Origin: a virus
Taxonomy: Duplodnaviria; Caudoviricetes
DNA: 57,758 bases
Direction: 5' to 3' (one strand)
IMG/VR virus record: IMGVR_UViG_3300020442_000002
Location: 1 to 57,758 of that record
The notes below the pieces were generated by a model. It saw nothing but the letters and a program-made list of their open reading frames with translations, did not search any database and was not told where the DNA came from. Of the stretch, positions 29,801 through 39,689 are shown piece after piece (position 1 is the stretch's first letter; each line of letters opens with the position of its first letter). A program made the translations under genes and the position numbers.

Positions 29801-30825
29801 GTCAATCGTTGATTGCGGCGGGCGCAGGCTCAAGGGCGATACGAAACATTTTTTCCAACATGCCTAATGCCTTAAACATGGATGTTATGGCCGAGCTTAT
29901 CCGTGATCCTAAGCTTTTGGCGGATATGCTGGCTAAACCACCTAAAAATAAAAAGGCGCAACAGAGTTGGTTTGCTAAAAAAGGCCAGAGTATTCTGGAT
30001 TGGTTTAAGGGCCAAGGTATTTCCATATCTCGCCGCCCCGCACCTACCGCTATTCGTGAATACACGGAAGAGCTTTTCCAAGAAACTATTCCGATGCCCG
30101 AGGAACAAGAAGCGGCTCCCGAGGTTATGCCGCCAGAAGCGGTGCCTTCAGAGCCCACGGCTCCCGAGCCACGGACCACGGTTCCCGAACAAGATGCTTT
30201 GTGGAGTCGAGTTCTTCAACAAGAGTCTGGAAATCGACAAGTAGATGATCAAGGCCAAGTTGTAACGTCAAAAAAAGGCGCGTTAGGGGTTGCGCAAGTT
30301 ATGCCCCCTACGGCGGCAAGACCGGGATATGGTGCGCCAAGTATTTTTGACGTTGCAAGAAAAATTGGTGTTGAGGTTAAAGATGTCGCAGAGCCTTCTG
30401 AAGGAGGTATCCCCGCACCTACGATTAGAGAGGCCTCCAGACTATTAGGCATGGAAGAAGTTAATGAAGCTTTTGGCCGAGAATATTTTGACGCAATGTA
30501 TTCTTATTTTGGTGGAGATCCGGTACGCACCTTAATTGCTTACAACGCCGGACCTACTGTGGCACAACAATATGACGGCGACATATCTTCATTACCCGCT
30601 GAAACACAAAACTATCTGGTTAAGATACTAGGCGTAGCACAAGCTCCGGCTCCCAAAGAAACGCCGCCATTGGCGCAAGCGGCTCCGCCGCCAATGCCTC
30701 CCGCGGCCCCGGCCCCCGCACCGATTACCCCACAGTCGCTACAGCGAACTGCGCAGGTGTTGGGGCCAAACGATGAGATTGGAATGCTGGCATCAGAGTT
30801 GATGATGCGACAAGGACCTGCCTAA
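26857..30825 (+). CDS. Large internal virion protein with C-terminal lytic transglycosylase domain
   Basis: QQESG, GALGVAQVMP.TA, AYNAGP, ETQNY are SLT motifs. Confidence 0.8.
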   Translation: MAEETGFQIEPLVFSKDELDAYFDQMREAGIDSPSNVFAKEIADLISSENPELVTYDGLRAGTAPLFDMIPELKDIAPQDRRIDDVGIMETFLVNPDGQPMRRGDFWKGFRGEIVPQGGSFAGAVYGAKAGAALAAPIPPVSPPTVAAKAVIPFATTILGAVLGQEGVRKVQEMITGEPDLIVPGTTPEEEAGKTAATVAGFLATPWAISKNIDLGAATYLNNVRSMVGPRTQAEMASKVGQERSMRFIAGIERLLKGQAEAAQSSRAGAIVAGLGEVGAGVGQTGAAYLAETVDPDDMATRIGLETIGAIGGGTTGQLLGPIANALGDIKSSLTNVAKKIDEEGLPSLFPSGDKAKERRLEEATDKIRELIEAAPEEDLEQVIRRLAELDPNLEGIELTAGAKTGSPVLLAVEEALNSMVPSVGAQRDQATDQAIDALRNSLVLAMRSGSREALRDSAELLNTTFQTALANRLSDRTEAVVEAFNRVGTERSNQELSQALFDTVDQQLDLARGRERELWNAVESYDIDLAPGEVPSVIESWQGNLPSTPEAAQPIESALAPLTRFIKRKVDELGLGEAAEGEALSPSLQQALDGIEPGSLTSTELIDMRSTALSLARKLSSDGDFTAARIAGDFAGAALADLEKIADPTVTAAYQGAREYSRALNDVFTRGLAGDLLATSKTGAQRKPPELLAQELLRGGSDPVQLRFNQIQEIGRFGLDNEFAGAAETVQDLNTVYEAILRSARQSALIPGKPIEEGGKINVAALNRWMEQNADLLDQFPALRSDLSNLNTAQTLLTRTEVYNRKKAQEIKNTINFQNLLGKNADSPAFVVARALSSGNAKPLTSLNNLARVANNAPADIRESAQAGLRSAVMQWAMESAGVSGAKFDPEVMNLKLFGPIPKSDSGVSVMDWMKKSGLISAEEAQRTQQILVQMTRYKRAANSGALDAIAEESGPLFDLFLRIAGAKIGTLGSEALGGGSQSLIAAGAGSRAIRNIFSNMPNALNMDVMAELIRDPKLLADMLAKPPKNKKAQQSWFAKKGQSILDWFKGQGISISRRPAPTAIREYTEELFQETIPMPEEQEAAPEVMPPEAVPSEPTAPEPRTTVPEQDALWSRVLQQESGNRQVDDQGQVVTSKKGALGVAQVMPPTAARPGYGAPSIFDVARKIGVEVKDVAEPSEGGIPAPTIREASRLLGMEEVNEAFGREYFDAMYSYFGGDPVRTLIAYNAGPTVAQQYDGDISSLPAETQNYLVKILGVAQAPAPKETPPLAQAAPPPMPPAAPAPAPITPQSLQRTAQVLGPNDEIGMLASELMMRQGPA

Positions 30826-32273
30826 ATAAGCCAATCTTTAGCGCTTTCGCCTAAAACGTCCCCGGCAATATTTATCTTGTCGCGTAAAGCGGCTAAAATA
30901 CGCTCATCAATTGTCCCGGGACTGACCAGATCAACGTAAGTCACGTTGTCTTTCTGGCCAATTCGGTGTGCGCGATCCTCTGATTGCAGCCTGATTTCTA
31001 AATCGTAGCTGTTGCTGAAGTAAATCACTGTGTTTGCTTCGGTCAGAGTAATGCCGTATCCACCTGTCCGGGGCTGTCCAACAAAGAAGCGTAGCTCGGA
31101 GTCGGGATCTTGGAATCTTTCGATAATATTTTGTCTGTCATCTTGGTCAGTCTCACCGTAGTAGGATGCTACTACGCCACTGCCCCACTTTTTCTTTAGG
31201 GCTTTTTCTATCCTGTGGATGTCATAAGTCCACGTGGCCCAGATGATGGCTTTACCATTAACCTCTTCGATGACATCCATCAGTTCATCAAGGCGGTTAT
31301 TTTTAACTTCTTGGATCGGCCCTTCGTCAGGTTGAAGGTGGCCGCAACAGATTTGCTGTAGCCGCATAATCTGTGTCAGCACCGACGCCGTCGTTGCCAG
31401 CTTACCCTGCTCCAACTGAGCCAGCGCTAAGTCCTTCATTTGCTTATATAAAACCACCTGCTCTTTGCTCAAGTTTACCTCGCGCCGCTGGTAAACCTTT
31501 TCGGGCAAGTCCAAGCAATCCTCTTTCAAAATTCGGGTGCTGAAACGGTCCAGCTTTTCGCCCAACTCATCCAGCCTGCGGTAACCCGTCACGTGATTAA
31601 AACTGTGCGCTCCCATGCTCCTGCGCTGTACGACGGCGTATCGGCCCTGAAAAGAGTAGTAGCTGGCAAAGCCAAGCGCGTCCTGATCTAAAAACATGCA
31701 CTGACTGAACAAGTCCATGGGGCTTTTTGTGATAGGTGAACCGGTCAGAATGCGTCGATACTTTGACGCCTGCCCCACCTTGATCAAGTTCTTGGTCCGC
31801 TGTGCGCTCTTGTTCTTGATGCTGGTGCTTTCGTCCAAGATCGTCAGGCAGTTCGGGTTGAGCTTTACAAACTTCTGTGCGGCAGACGCGCCCTTCTGCG
31901 TAGAGAAGGCTTCGGTGTTCATAACCAGAATGTGCAAGAACCCCGGCTCACGGTCCTTGGGGTCCGCAATGGCTTGAATTTGGGTACGGAATTTTTGCGT
32001 GAAGTTGGGTTGCCACTTCACCAGTTTGTTTTGAACCCGGTCCGGTAAGTGGACCGGTATTTCTTTTTTGACCCAGTTATCAAAGACCCCCTTCGGGGCA
32101 ATGATCAGTGCGGTGTCTATTTCGCCCGCCTCAAACAAAGCCCCCATCGTGTCGATTGCGACTTTGGATTTACCGGTGCCCATTTCCATGAACAACCCGT
32201 AGTACGGGCGCTGCCAAGAATCCTCAAACGTTACGCGTTGATGTTCGTAAGGCTCAGTCTTGTATTGGTACAT
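30822..32273 (-). CDS. SNF2-family helicase
   Basis: MGTGKS, DEST, LTGSP, RLQQ and QSEDRAHRIGQ motifs; likely start ATG 32273 after CTTTGGGGGA. Confidence 0.9.
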   Translation of the reverse strand: MYQYKTEPYEHQRVTFEDSWQRPYYGLFMEMGTGKSKVAIDTMGALFEAGEIDTALIIAPKGVFDNWVKKEIPVHLPDRVQNKLVKWQPNFTQKFRTQIQAIADPKDREPGFLHILVMNTEAFSTQKGASAAQKFVKLNPNCLTILDESTSIKNKSAQRTKNLIKVGQASKYRRILTGSPITKSPMDLFSQCMFLDQDALGFASYYSFQGRYAVVQRRSMGAHSFNHVTGYRRLDELGEKLDRFSTRILKEDCLDLPEKVYQRREVNLSKEQVVLYKQMKDLALAQLEQGKLATTASVLTQIMRLQQICCGHLQPDEGPIQEVKNNRLDELMDVIEEVNGKAIIWATWTYDIHRIEKALKKKWGSGVVASYYGETDQDDRQNIIERFQDPDSELRFFVGQPRTGGYGITLTEANTVIYFSNSYDLEIRLQSEDRAHRIGQKDNVTYVDLVSPGTIDERILAALRDKINIAGDVLGESAKDWLI

Positions 32274-32289
32274 AAATTCCCCCAAAGGC

Positions 32290-32319
32290 TTGACATGCGA
32301 TCATATAGGACCCTACACT
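32290..32319 (+). promoter_or_regulatory. sigma70-like promoter of the replication operon
   Basis: TTGACA-N18-TACACT in a divergent intergenic region. Confidence 0.6.
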
Positions 32320-32364
32320 GGCCGTCCAGCCCTCATCAAGGGCTTGAACATGAAAGGAGAACGT

Positions 32365-32937
32365 ATGAGCGAATTGCTCTTTGATATGGAAGCGGATCAA
32401 GCCACCGCCTCCTCCATCGAACAGATGGATAACACCGGCTTATCTAGCGTGGCAGAAATTGCTCGCGCTGTTCGCAACCACGAAGACTTGGTTAACAAAC
32501 TTGAAGACCAGTTGAAGGCGGCGAAGCGAGAACTGCTAAAACTCACCGACGAAGACCTCCCCGCGATGCTCCAAGAGCTTGGCCTCAATTCTTTTGAACT
32601 TGAGGACGGCTCCAAGGTGACTGTGCGTCCGACATTCGGCGCTCACATCAAGGCGGAAAACCGTGAAACAGCCTTCGGCTGGCTACGTGCTAACGGGTTT
32701 GATGACATCATCAAGAACACTGTTAGCTGTAACTTTGGCCGGGGCGAGGACCAAGAAGCCGCAGAGTTTATCGACTATGCGCAGGGCCTCGGTTACGCGG
32801 CGGAGCAAAAGACCGAAGTCCATCCCAGTACGTTGAAGGCTTGGGTCAAAGAGCGGGTACAAAACGGGGAGACCTTCCCCATGGAACTTTTCGGGGCCTT
32901 TGTCGGGCAACGAGCAACAATTGCGAGGAAAAAATAA
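32365..32937 (+). CDS. Replication-module hypothetical protein
   Basis: AAGGAG RBS; WLRANG.DDIIK, VHPSTLKAWVKE. Confidence 0.75.
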   Translation: MSELLFDMEADQATASSIEQMDNTGLSSVAEIARAVRNHEDLVNKLEDQLKAAKRELLKLTDEDLPAMLQELGLNSFELEDGSKVTVRPTFGAHIKAENRETAFGWLRANGFDDIIKNTVSCNFGRGEDQEAAEFIDYAQGLGYAAEQKTEVHPSTLKAWVKERVQNGETFPMELFGAFVGQRATIARKK

Positions 32938-33710
32938 TGGGTAAAGCAGTAGCAGAAAAGGAATCAAACAATGGGATCGTCACGTTTGACGCGAGCATCT
33001 TTGAGCAAGACGCTGGTAAAGGATTGGAGAACATGGGCCAAGACGACTTGGCTTTGCCTTTCCTCAAAGTTCTTAGCCGCCAAGACCCAACTCTGGACGA
33101 TTTGGATGGGGCTAAAGCGGGCGACATTCTCAATACCGTATCGAATCAGGTCTATACTGGTAAGACAGGTATTCGTGTCGTACCTTGCCATTATCAGCGG
33201 CGTTTTGTTGAGTGGGCTCCTCGGGGCTCTGGTAACGGCGCTCCTTTGAACATCTATACGCCGGAGGACAGCCGTCCAAACACAGAGCGTGGCGATGACA
33301 ACAAGGACTATGTGGTTGGCGGTAACGGCACCTATCTTGAAGAGACACACCAGCACTTCGTGTTGATTCTTGAGCCTGACGGAACCACCACTACCGCGCT
33401 GATCCCAATGAAAGCCACTCAGCTTAAAAAGAGCCGCAAGTGGAACAGCACGATTGCCCAGCGAACCCTTGTCGGCAAGAACGGGCCGTTCACGCCGCCA
33501 CGGTTTAGCCATGTCTATCTTCTGAAGACCGTGTCTGAGGAAAATTCAAAAGGCTCATGGCATGGGTGGGACATTACCCTTGAGGGCGTCGTAGACGACG
33601 CCGCTGTATACGGACAAGCCAAGCAGTTTGCAGAGAGCATCCAAGCTGGCGATGTCGAAGTGAAGCACACCAAAGAGGGCGACGACGCATCTGACGACGC
33701 GCCGTTTTAA
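32937..33710 (+). CDS. Single-stranded DNA-binding protein (putative)
   Basis: Acidic C-terminal tail DDASDDAPF; position before the primase. Confidence 0.65.
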   Translation: MGKAVAEKESNNGIVTFDASIFEQDAGKGLENMGQDDLALPFLKVLSRQDPTLDDLDGAKAGDILNTVSNQVYTGKTGIRVVPCHYQRRFVEWAPRGSGNGAPLNIYTPEDSRPNTERGDDNKDYVVGGNGTYLEETHQHFVLILEPDGTTTTALIPMKATQLKKSRKWNSTIAQRTLVGKNGPFTPPRFSHVYLLKTVSEENSKGSWHGWDITLEGVVDDAAVYGQAKQFAESIQAGDVEVKHTKEGDDASDDAPF

Positions 33711-33717
33711 GTGTTAC

Positions 33718-33739
33718 GGGGGCCGCAAGGCCCCCTTTT
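33718..33739 (+). terminator. Intrinsic terminator with GCAA tetraloop
   Basis: GGGGGCC-GCAA-GGCCCCC-TTTT. Confidence 0.75.
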
Positions 33740-33753
33740 CTGGTTTATAAAAA

Positions 33754-35292
33754 ATGTCTGATGCAAAAAGATTTGCGGCTATCTTCGATGGCCTCAAGCA
33801 AGCCTACGGCACGTTTGAAATCGACAGCACAAAAGCAAGTGGCAAGAACACCGGTAAAGCAAGAGTAGTTCGTGAACCACGGACCACGGAGCATTTTGAG
33901 CAGCATTTAGCCGGTTCTGGGGCGGGGATTGGGATCATCCCAATCAACGAAGACGACTCCTGTAAGTGGGGTTGTATCGACATTGACGAATACCCGTTAG
34001 ACCTCACGCGGCTGGTTGAGAAAATTCGCCGTAGCAAGATGCCTTTGGTAGTATGTCGTTCAAAGTCGGGGGGCGCACATTGTTTTCTTTTCTGTAGCGA
34101 ATGGGTAACTGCAAAGACAATGCAGTCCACGTTACAGCATTTAGCTAGTGGTCTGGGGTACGGCGGAAGCGAGATCTTCCCCAAACAAATCAAACTCTTT
34201 TTAGATCGTGGCGACATAGGCAACTTCCTCAATATGCCGTACTTCAATGCGGAGGACGGGTTGAGGTATGCCTTGAATGATGACGGCAGTGCGGCGACGT
34301 TACATGAGTTTTTTGCGTTACATGAAACGCACGTACAAACGCCAGAACAACTCCAAGCAATCACGCATCAAAAAGTTGAAGACACCGCAATTGTGGACGG
34401 TCCGCCCTGTCTCCAAACCCTATGCGCCCAAAAAATTAGCGAAGGGGGACGAAACAACGGACTCTTCAGCATAGGCGTTTATCTTCGCAAGGCGTACCCG
34501 GATACGTGGCAGGACGAAATCCTGCATCACAACATGGCGTACATTGATCCGCCGTTGCCTCTTAACGAGGTCAACCTCGTGGTTAAGCAGTTGGACAAGA
34601 AAGACTACGCTTATCGGTGCAGTGATGCGCCTATTCAGCCGTACTGTAACCGCGAGTTGTGTCAAACCCGAAAGTTTGGGATTGGTGCGGCGGTCAGTGA
34701 CATGGCTGTGGCTAACCTACGAAAGTACAACTCTATCCCGCCCGTGTGGTTTCTGGACGTTAACGGTGTGCCGTTAGAGCTAGACACCGACGCGCTGCAA
34801 AACCAGACGGTGTTCCAGAAGGCGTGTATTGAGCAACTTAACTTCATGCCTCAGACCATGCCGAAGCGCGGCTGGGAAGGCCGCATCAATCAGTTGATGA
34901 AAGAGATGTCTGAGACCGACGGGTCTATCATGGAGGTGTCAGAAGACGCCAGCATCAACGGCCAGTTCTACGAGTATCTTGACGAGTTCTGCACTTCGAC
35001 CCAGAAGGCGGAAGACCGTGAAGAGATTTTGTTGCGCAGGCCATGGGTAGATGACGAAACAAACGCCGTGCATTTCCGGCTGAAAGACTTTGAAGGTTTT
35101 CTGCGGAAGAACCGCTTTAGCGAGTTTAAAACCCACAAGGTGGCACAGCGGCTACGAGACATTAACGGCGAGTCTACGGTATTAAAGGTGAAGGGTAAGC
35201 CCATAAGAGTTTGGCGAGTGCCGATCAGTGACATCCCGCACGATCAAGTGGAGTCCAAAAACTTTGAAACACGGTCCACGGACCCGTTCTAA
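33754..35292 (+). CDS. Primase (AEP/prim-pol-like with PriCT domain)
   Basis: IDID, SKSGGAH, PPC and EGGRNNGLF motifs. Confidence 0.8.
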   Translation: MSDAKRFAAIFDGLKQAYGTFEIDSTKASGKNTGKARVVREPRTTEHFEQHLAGSGAGIGIIPINEDDSCKWGCIDIDEYPLDLTRLVEKIRRSKMPLVVCRSKSGGAHCFLFCSEWVTAKTMQSTLQHLASGLGYGGSEIFPKQIKLFLDRGDIGNFLNMPYFNAEDGLRYALNDDGSAATLHEFFALHETHVQTPEQLQAITHQKVEDTAIVDGPPCLQTLCAQKISEGGRNNGLFSIGVYLRKAYPDTWQDEILHHNMAYIDPPLPLNEVNLVVKQLDKKDYAYRCSDAPIQPYCNRELCQTRKFGIGAAVSDMAVANLRKYNSIPPVWFLDVNGVPLELDTDALQNQTVFQKACIEQLNFMPQTMPKRGWEGRINQLMKEMSETDGSIMEVSEDASINGQFYEYLDEFCTSTQKAEDREEILLRRPWVDDETNAVHFRLKDFEGFLRKNRFSEFKTHKVAQRLRDINGESTVLKVKGKPIRVWRVPISDIPHDQVESKNFETRSTDPF

Positions 35293-36794
35293 TGTTTCGT
35301 ATTTTTGGGCCACCCGGGACCGGGAAGACAACCACTTTGCTGAACATGGTAGAAAAGTCTTTAGACAGCGGAATAACCCCATCACAAGTGGGGTTTTTTG
35401 CATTCACTAAAAAAGCCGCTAACGAGGCCAAAGAGCGGGCGGCAAAGCGTTTTGATTTAGACCCAGACAAGGATCTTCCGTACTTTCGCACCATTCATTC
35501 CTTGGCCTACCGCCTGATGGGAGTCAAGGAAAACCAAATGATGGGGCCGCAAAACTACAAAGAGTTGTCGGCGGCCATCGGTTTTAATTTGAGCGGCGCT
35601 ATGAGCGAAGAAGAGGATGTGTCGTTTAAGGCGACAGATCACCCGATCCTTCAGCTAATTAACCTTGCAAAAACCAAAAAAACATCGTTGCGAACAGAGT
35701 ATAACCACAGTGAAGTTAACTTTACGTGGGTGGAAGTAAAGTATGTGGCCGACTCTTACGCAAATTATAAAAAGGCATTTGGCTTAATCGACTTCACAGA
35801 CATGCTGGAAATGTTTGTAGAGCAGGCCGACCACCTTGTCCCGCACATGAAGATTTGTTTCTTGGACGAGGCTCAAGATCTTTCTCCGCTGCAATGGGAC
35901 ATTGCTCATAAGTTAGATGGGCGGTCAGAGCGCATGTTCGTGGCGGGCGATGACGACCAAGCCATTTACCGGTGGGCGGGAGCGGACGTAGATCACTTCA
36001 TCAATCTCCCCGGCGGCGCAGAGGTCTTGGAACAAAGCTACCGGGTTCCTGCGGCGATTCATGAGCTTGCAGAAAAAATTGCGGGGCGCATTCAAAACCG
36101 GTTTCCCAAGGTGTATCGCCCTCGGCAAGAGCGCGGACAAATACTGCGCGTGCCGGACATCCGCTCCATAGATATGTCGCAAGGCACTTGGCTCGTTATG
36201 GCACAAGCCCGATTCATGCTTTACCCAATAGAGCAGGAATTAAAAAACGGCGGCTATCTGTTTGAGCGCCAAAACGGCGGAAGATCTATACCGGAAAAAA
36301 TGTCGCTGGCTATCAATGGCTGGGAGGCCATGCGAAAAGGGCGGGTGATTACCTGCGGCACGGCGCAGGCCATCTACTCTTATATGTCTGGCAACGGGGT
36401 GCGTATCAAACGGGGCCATAAAAAGATAGAGGCCCACGATAACGAAATGTTTGGACTAACCGATTTACAAGAACATTTTGGTCTATTGGCTACGAATGAG
36501 ATGATCTGGCACGAGGCCATGGATAAAATACCAGAGGGGGACAGGGCATACATCACGGCTCTTCTCCGGCGAGGCGAGAAGTTCAACGCCAAGCCCCGAA
36601 TAAGATTGTCCACGATCCACGGAACAAAAGGTGGAGAGGCAGAAAACGTTGTAATCCTACCGGATTTGACCGCCGCGGCGTTAGACACGCCGGGGGACGA
36701 TCTTCACCGCGTTTTTTACGTGGGGGTGACGCGGGCCCTTCAGAACCTTTACATCTTAGAACCTGAAGACTATTTAAGAGCATACGCTTTATGA
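35292..36794 (+). CDS. UvrD/Rep-like SF1 helicase
   Basis: GPPGTGKT, DEAQD, GDDDQAIY, TIHGTKGGE, YVGVTRA. Confidence 0.92.
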   Translation: MFRIFGPPGTGKTTTLLNMVEKSLDSGITPSQVGFFAFTKKAANEAKERAAKRFDLDPDKDLPYFRTIHSLAYRLMGVKENQMMGPQNYKELSAAIGFNLSGAMSEEEDVSFKATDHPILQLINLAKTKKTSLRTEYNHSEVNFTWVEVKYVADSYANYKKAFGLIDFTDMLEMFVEQADHLVPHMKICFLDEAQDLSPLQWDIAHKLDGRSERMFVAGDDDQAIYRWAGADVDHFINLPGGAEVLEQSYRVPAAIHELAEKIAGRIQNRFPKVYRPRQERGQILRVPDIRSIDMSQGTWLVMAQARFMLYPIEQELKNGGYLFERQNGGRSIPEKMSLAINGWEAMRKGRVITCGTAQAIYSYMSGNGVRIKRGHKKIEAHDNEMFGLTDLQEHFGLLATNEMIWHEAMDKIPEGDRAYITALLRRGEKFNAKPRIRLSTIHGTKGGEAENVVILPDLTAAALDTPGDDLHRVFYVGVTRALQNLYILEPEDYLRAYAL

Positions 36795-36949
36795 AAAAGG
36801 AAACAGAAATGAGTCGAATACCCTGTCCAAAATGTGCCAACAAGGCAGAAGAAGTCATTAACGCTGAAAAGCAATTACGTTTAGGCTGGTGGTGCCCGGT
36901 GTGCAACCACTTTGAGCAAGCAATCTATCGCGAGCGAAAGGTGGCCTAA
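36791..36949 (+). CDS. Small zinc-ribbon protein (52 aa)
   Basis: CPKC...CPVC; overlaps both neighbours. Confidence 0.65.
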   Translation: MKKETEMSRIPCPKCANKAEEVINAEKQLRLGWWCPVCNHFEQAIYRERKVA

Positions 36950-38856
36950 TGACAACCGGTAAACTGCAAATGGCTATGTTCCCGCCGAAGAGCGATTGGG
37001 TGCCCCCTGTTGAGCTTCCCGACATTTTTGACGCGGACGAAATTGCCATCGACGTAGAAACCCGCGACCCGAATCTAAAGCAGAAGGGACCGGGCTGGCC
37101 CACAGGCGATGGTGAAGTGGTGGGCTATGCCATCGCAGTTTCCGGGTGGAAATGCTACATCCCCGTCGGCCATGCTGGCGGGGGTAACCTCGACAAACGC
37201 ATTGTGAGCAAGTGGCTTAAAAAAGTTTTTGAGTCACCTGCTGACAAGATCATGCACAACGCCCAGTACGACCTTGGCTGGATTCGCGCCATGGGGTTTG
37301 AAGTTAAGGGCCGCGTAATCGACACAATGATTACCGCTAGCCTGATTGATGAGAACCGGTTCAGCTACAGCCTGAATGCGCTTTGCTACGACCATCTGGG
37401 CAAGACAAAATCCGAAAAAACTCTGGTGGAGGCGGCCAAGGAGTTTGGCGTCGATCCCAAGGGCGAGATGTGGAAGCTGCCCGCGATGTATGTGGGGCCC
37501 TACGCAGAGACTGATGCCGAGATCACACTGGAGCTTTGGAGCCACTTCAAGACCCTGCTCAACCGGGAAGATCTTTGGGACGTTTGGCGGCTAGAGATAG
37601 ACCTGCTCCCGCATCTGGTAGAAATGACCATGCGCGGAATACGAGTAGACATTGACCGCGCTGAACGGACCAAGCAAGTCTTGATGAAGCAAGAAAAGGA
37701 AGTCATCAAAAAAATCAAAGCGCTGACAGGAAGCAACGTTGAGATCTGGGCGGCCCAATCCATAGCCAAGGCGTTTGACGGGTTGGGATTGCCCTACCCC
37801 AAGACAGACAAAGGCTCGCCCAGCTTCACAAAACAGTTCCTGATGGAACACCAGCACGAGCTTGCACAGCTAATTATGAAGGCTCGTAACCTCAACAAGA
37901 CCAACGGTAACTTTATTGACGGCATACTAAAGTTCACCCACGACGGAAGAATACACAGTCATATCAATCAGTTACGCTCAGATGATGGCGGCACAGTATC
38001 TGGCCGCATTTCCATGAACTCGCCCAACCTCCAACAGATCCCGGCCCGCGACCCAGAGCTTGGCCCTATGATCCGCTCTTTGTTCCTCCCGGAAGAAGGT
38101 CAGCAGTGGGCGGCAATTGACTTCTCGCAACAGGAGCCACGGATCTTGGTCCACTTTGCCAAGAACTACGGCGACTACAAAAACATGCCTATGCCCGGGG
38201 TAGAGGATTTCGTAGACGGCTATCGCAACGACCCCAACATGGACTTCCACAGTATGGTGAGTGAAATGGCGGCCATCCCGCGGAAACAAGCTAAGGTTAT
38301 CAACCTCGGCATGATGTACGGCATGGGCGTGAACAAACTGTCCGACCAACTCGACCTCAGTGTCGAAGAAGCAAAGGCCCTGACTCAGCAATACCACAAG
38401 AAGGTTCCTTTCGTTAAAGGCCTGATGCGCGGCGTACAGAACAAGCTTGACGACCCACGGTCCTCGGGCAGTCTCCGATCTTTGCGTGGCCGCAAGTGCC
38501 GCTTCGATCTATGGGAGCCGGACAGCTTTGAAATGCACAAGGCCCTCCCCCGGGAAGAAGCAATCGCGGTCCACGGGCCTACTACCCGGCTTCGACGCGC
38601 ATACACGTACAAGGCCCTCAATCGGCTCATACAGGCTTCGGCGGCGGACATGACCAAGCAGGCGATGGTGAACGTTTGTTCCGCAGGGAGCGTCCCAATG
38701 CTTCAGGTACACGATGAGCTTGCTTTCTCAGTCGAGAATGCAGAGCAGGCAAAAGAATTGGCAGAAATAATGGAACAGGCCGTTCCGTTACAGGTGCCAA
38801 ACAAATGCGATGTGGATCTGGGGCCTAGCTGGGGCGAGTGTGAAGAGCTTGAATAG
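36949..38856 (+). CDS. polA: DNA polymerase family A with 3'-5' exonuclease (Leu762 type)
   Basis: DVET exo I, DFSQQEPR motif A, KVINLGMMYG motif B, VHDEL motif C. Confidence 0.95.
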   Translation: MTTGKLQMAMFPPKSDWVPPVELPDIFDADEIAIDVETRDPNLKQKGPGWPTGDGEVVGYAIAVSGWKCYIPVGHAGGGNLDKRIVSKWLKKVFESPADKIMHNAQYDLGWIRAMGFEVKGRVIDTMITASLIDENRFSYSLNALCYDHLGKTKSEKTLVEAAKEFGVDPKGEMWKLPAMYVGPYAETDAEITLELWSHFKTLLNREDLWDVWRLEIDLLPHLVEMTMRGIRVDIDRAERTKQVLMKQEKEVIKKIKALTGSNVEIWAAQSIAKAFDGLGLPYPKTDKGSPSFTKQFLMEHQHELAQLIMKARNLNKTNGNFIDGILKFTHDGRIHSHINQLRSDDGGTVSGRISMNSPNLQQIPARDPELGPMIRSLFLPEEGQQWAAIDFSQQEPRILVHFAKNYGDYKNMPMPGVEDFVDGYRNDPNMDFHSMVSEMAAIPRKQAKVINLGMMYGMGVNKLSDQLDLSVEEAKALTQQYHKKVPFVKGLMRGVQNKLDDPRSSGSLRSLRGRKCRFDLWEPDSFEMHKALPREEAIAVHGPTTRLRRAYTYKALNRLIQASAADMTKQAMVNVCSAGSVPMLQVHDELAFSVENAEQAKELAEIMEQAVPLQVPNKCDVDLGPSWGECEELE

Positions 38857-38904
38857 GGCGTAAAATAGCCCTATACTGTCCCATACCTGTGTAGGAGATA
38901 TCCC

Positions 38905-39138
38905 ATGGATACAACAAAATGGAAGTCGGTTTTGCTGCCGAGAGATGTGTACGAGGAAGTTGTTGTAATTGCTCGTGTAGAAGGCCGAACCATTAGTGGT
39001 CAACTTCGCTACATTGTTGAAGCGTGGAAGCAAGAAAATTTATCTAACCGCGATCAAGAATACATCGTGGAGCAAATCACCGAGTTCAAAAAAGAAACGG
39101 GCACCGAAGCATTGACTTCAAAAAGTTATTCGATATGA
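38905..39138 (+). CDS. Ribbon-helix-helix-like DNA-binding protein (putative)
   Basis: KSVLLPRDVY...A..EGRTISGQL pattern. Confidence 0.55.
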   Translation: MDTTKWKSVLLPRDVYEEVVVIARVEGRTISGQLRYIVEAWKQENLSNRDQEYIVEQITEFKKETGTEALTSKSYSI

Positions 39139-39305
39139 CGTTTAGTGTTATGCAGGCCGAGTTCGACAAGGCCTTGAAAAAATTAGAGAAGGGTTACGAA
39201 GAAGGCAAAGTAGAAAAGTCTGACTTCGACAAGTTGCACATTTGGCATGAATTTCTCAAGGCAAAGATTGACGCAGAGCGAGAAAAGAATGCCAAAGAAC
39301 TTTGA
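39135..39305 (+). CDS. Small hypothetical protein (56 aa)
   Basis: MTFSVMQAEF...; ATGA overlap with upstream gene. Confidence 0.55.
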   Translation: MTFSVMQAEFDKALKKLEKGYEEGKVEKSDFDKLHIWHEFLKAKIDAEREKNAKEL

Positions 39306-39528
39306 CAACGTAACCTGCCCTTCGCATTACAACCAAGGTGATGTCGAGTGTATCGACGGCATCAAGGCCAGTATGTCCCCTGAAAGTTTTCAGGGGTATC
39401 TCAAGGGGAACATCCAAAAGTACGTATGGAGATACGAGATAAAAAAAGAGCCTGTAGAGGACCTGCGGAAGGCCCGTTGGTACTTGGACCGTCTTATTAT
39501 GGAGCTAGTAAATGGCACCATGGAGTAG
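39289..39528 (+). CDS. DUF3310 (SaV-like) protein
   Basis: PSHY...ECID...GN..KY.WR...EDLRKARWYL. Confidence 0.85.
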   Translation: MPKNFDNVTCPSHYNQGDVECIDGIKASMSPESFQGYLKGNIQKYVWRYEIKKEPVEDLRKARWYLDRLIMELVNGTME

Positions 39529-39689
39529 ACTCCCGGGATGCCCAGCTAGCCGTGCAGGCGGCGCACCAGATGGCGGATCGGTTTAACCGCAACATGGCGA
39601 TCCAGCACGACTTGTCTGTGGTGCCTGAAGCCGACGCAACAAAAGAGATTCTTGAGGTAGTAAGGCCCGATTGGTATACTACGCCTTGA
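39426..39689 (+). CDS. Hypothetical protein, start uncertain
   Basis: 3' half looks protein-like; no clear start codon near 39525. Confidence 0.35.
   Translation: MEIRDKKRACRGPAEGPLVLGPSYYGASKWHHGVDSRDAQLAVQAAHQMADRFNRNMAIQHDLSVVPEADATKEILEVVRPDWYTTP
39652..39680 (+). promoter_or_regulatory. sigma70-like promoter of the candidate sRNA
   Basis: TTGAGG (39652-57)-N17-TATACT (39675-80) with extended -10 TGn. Confidence 0.65.
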
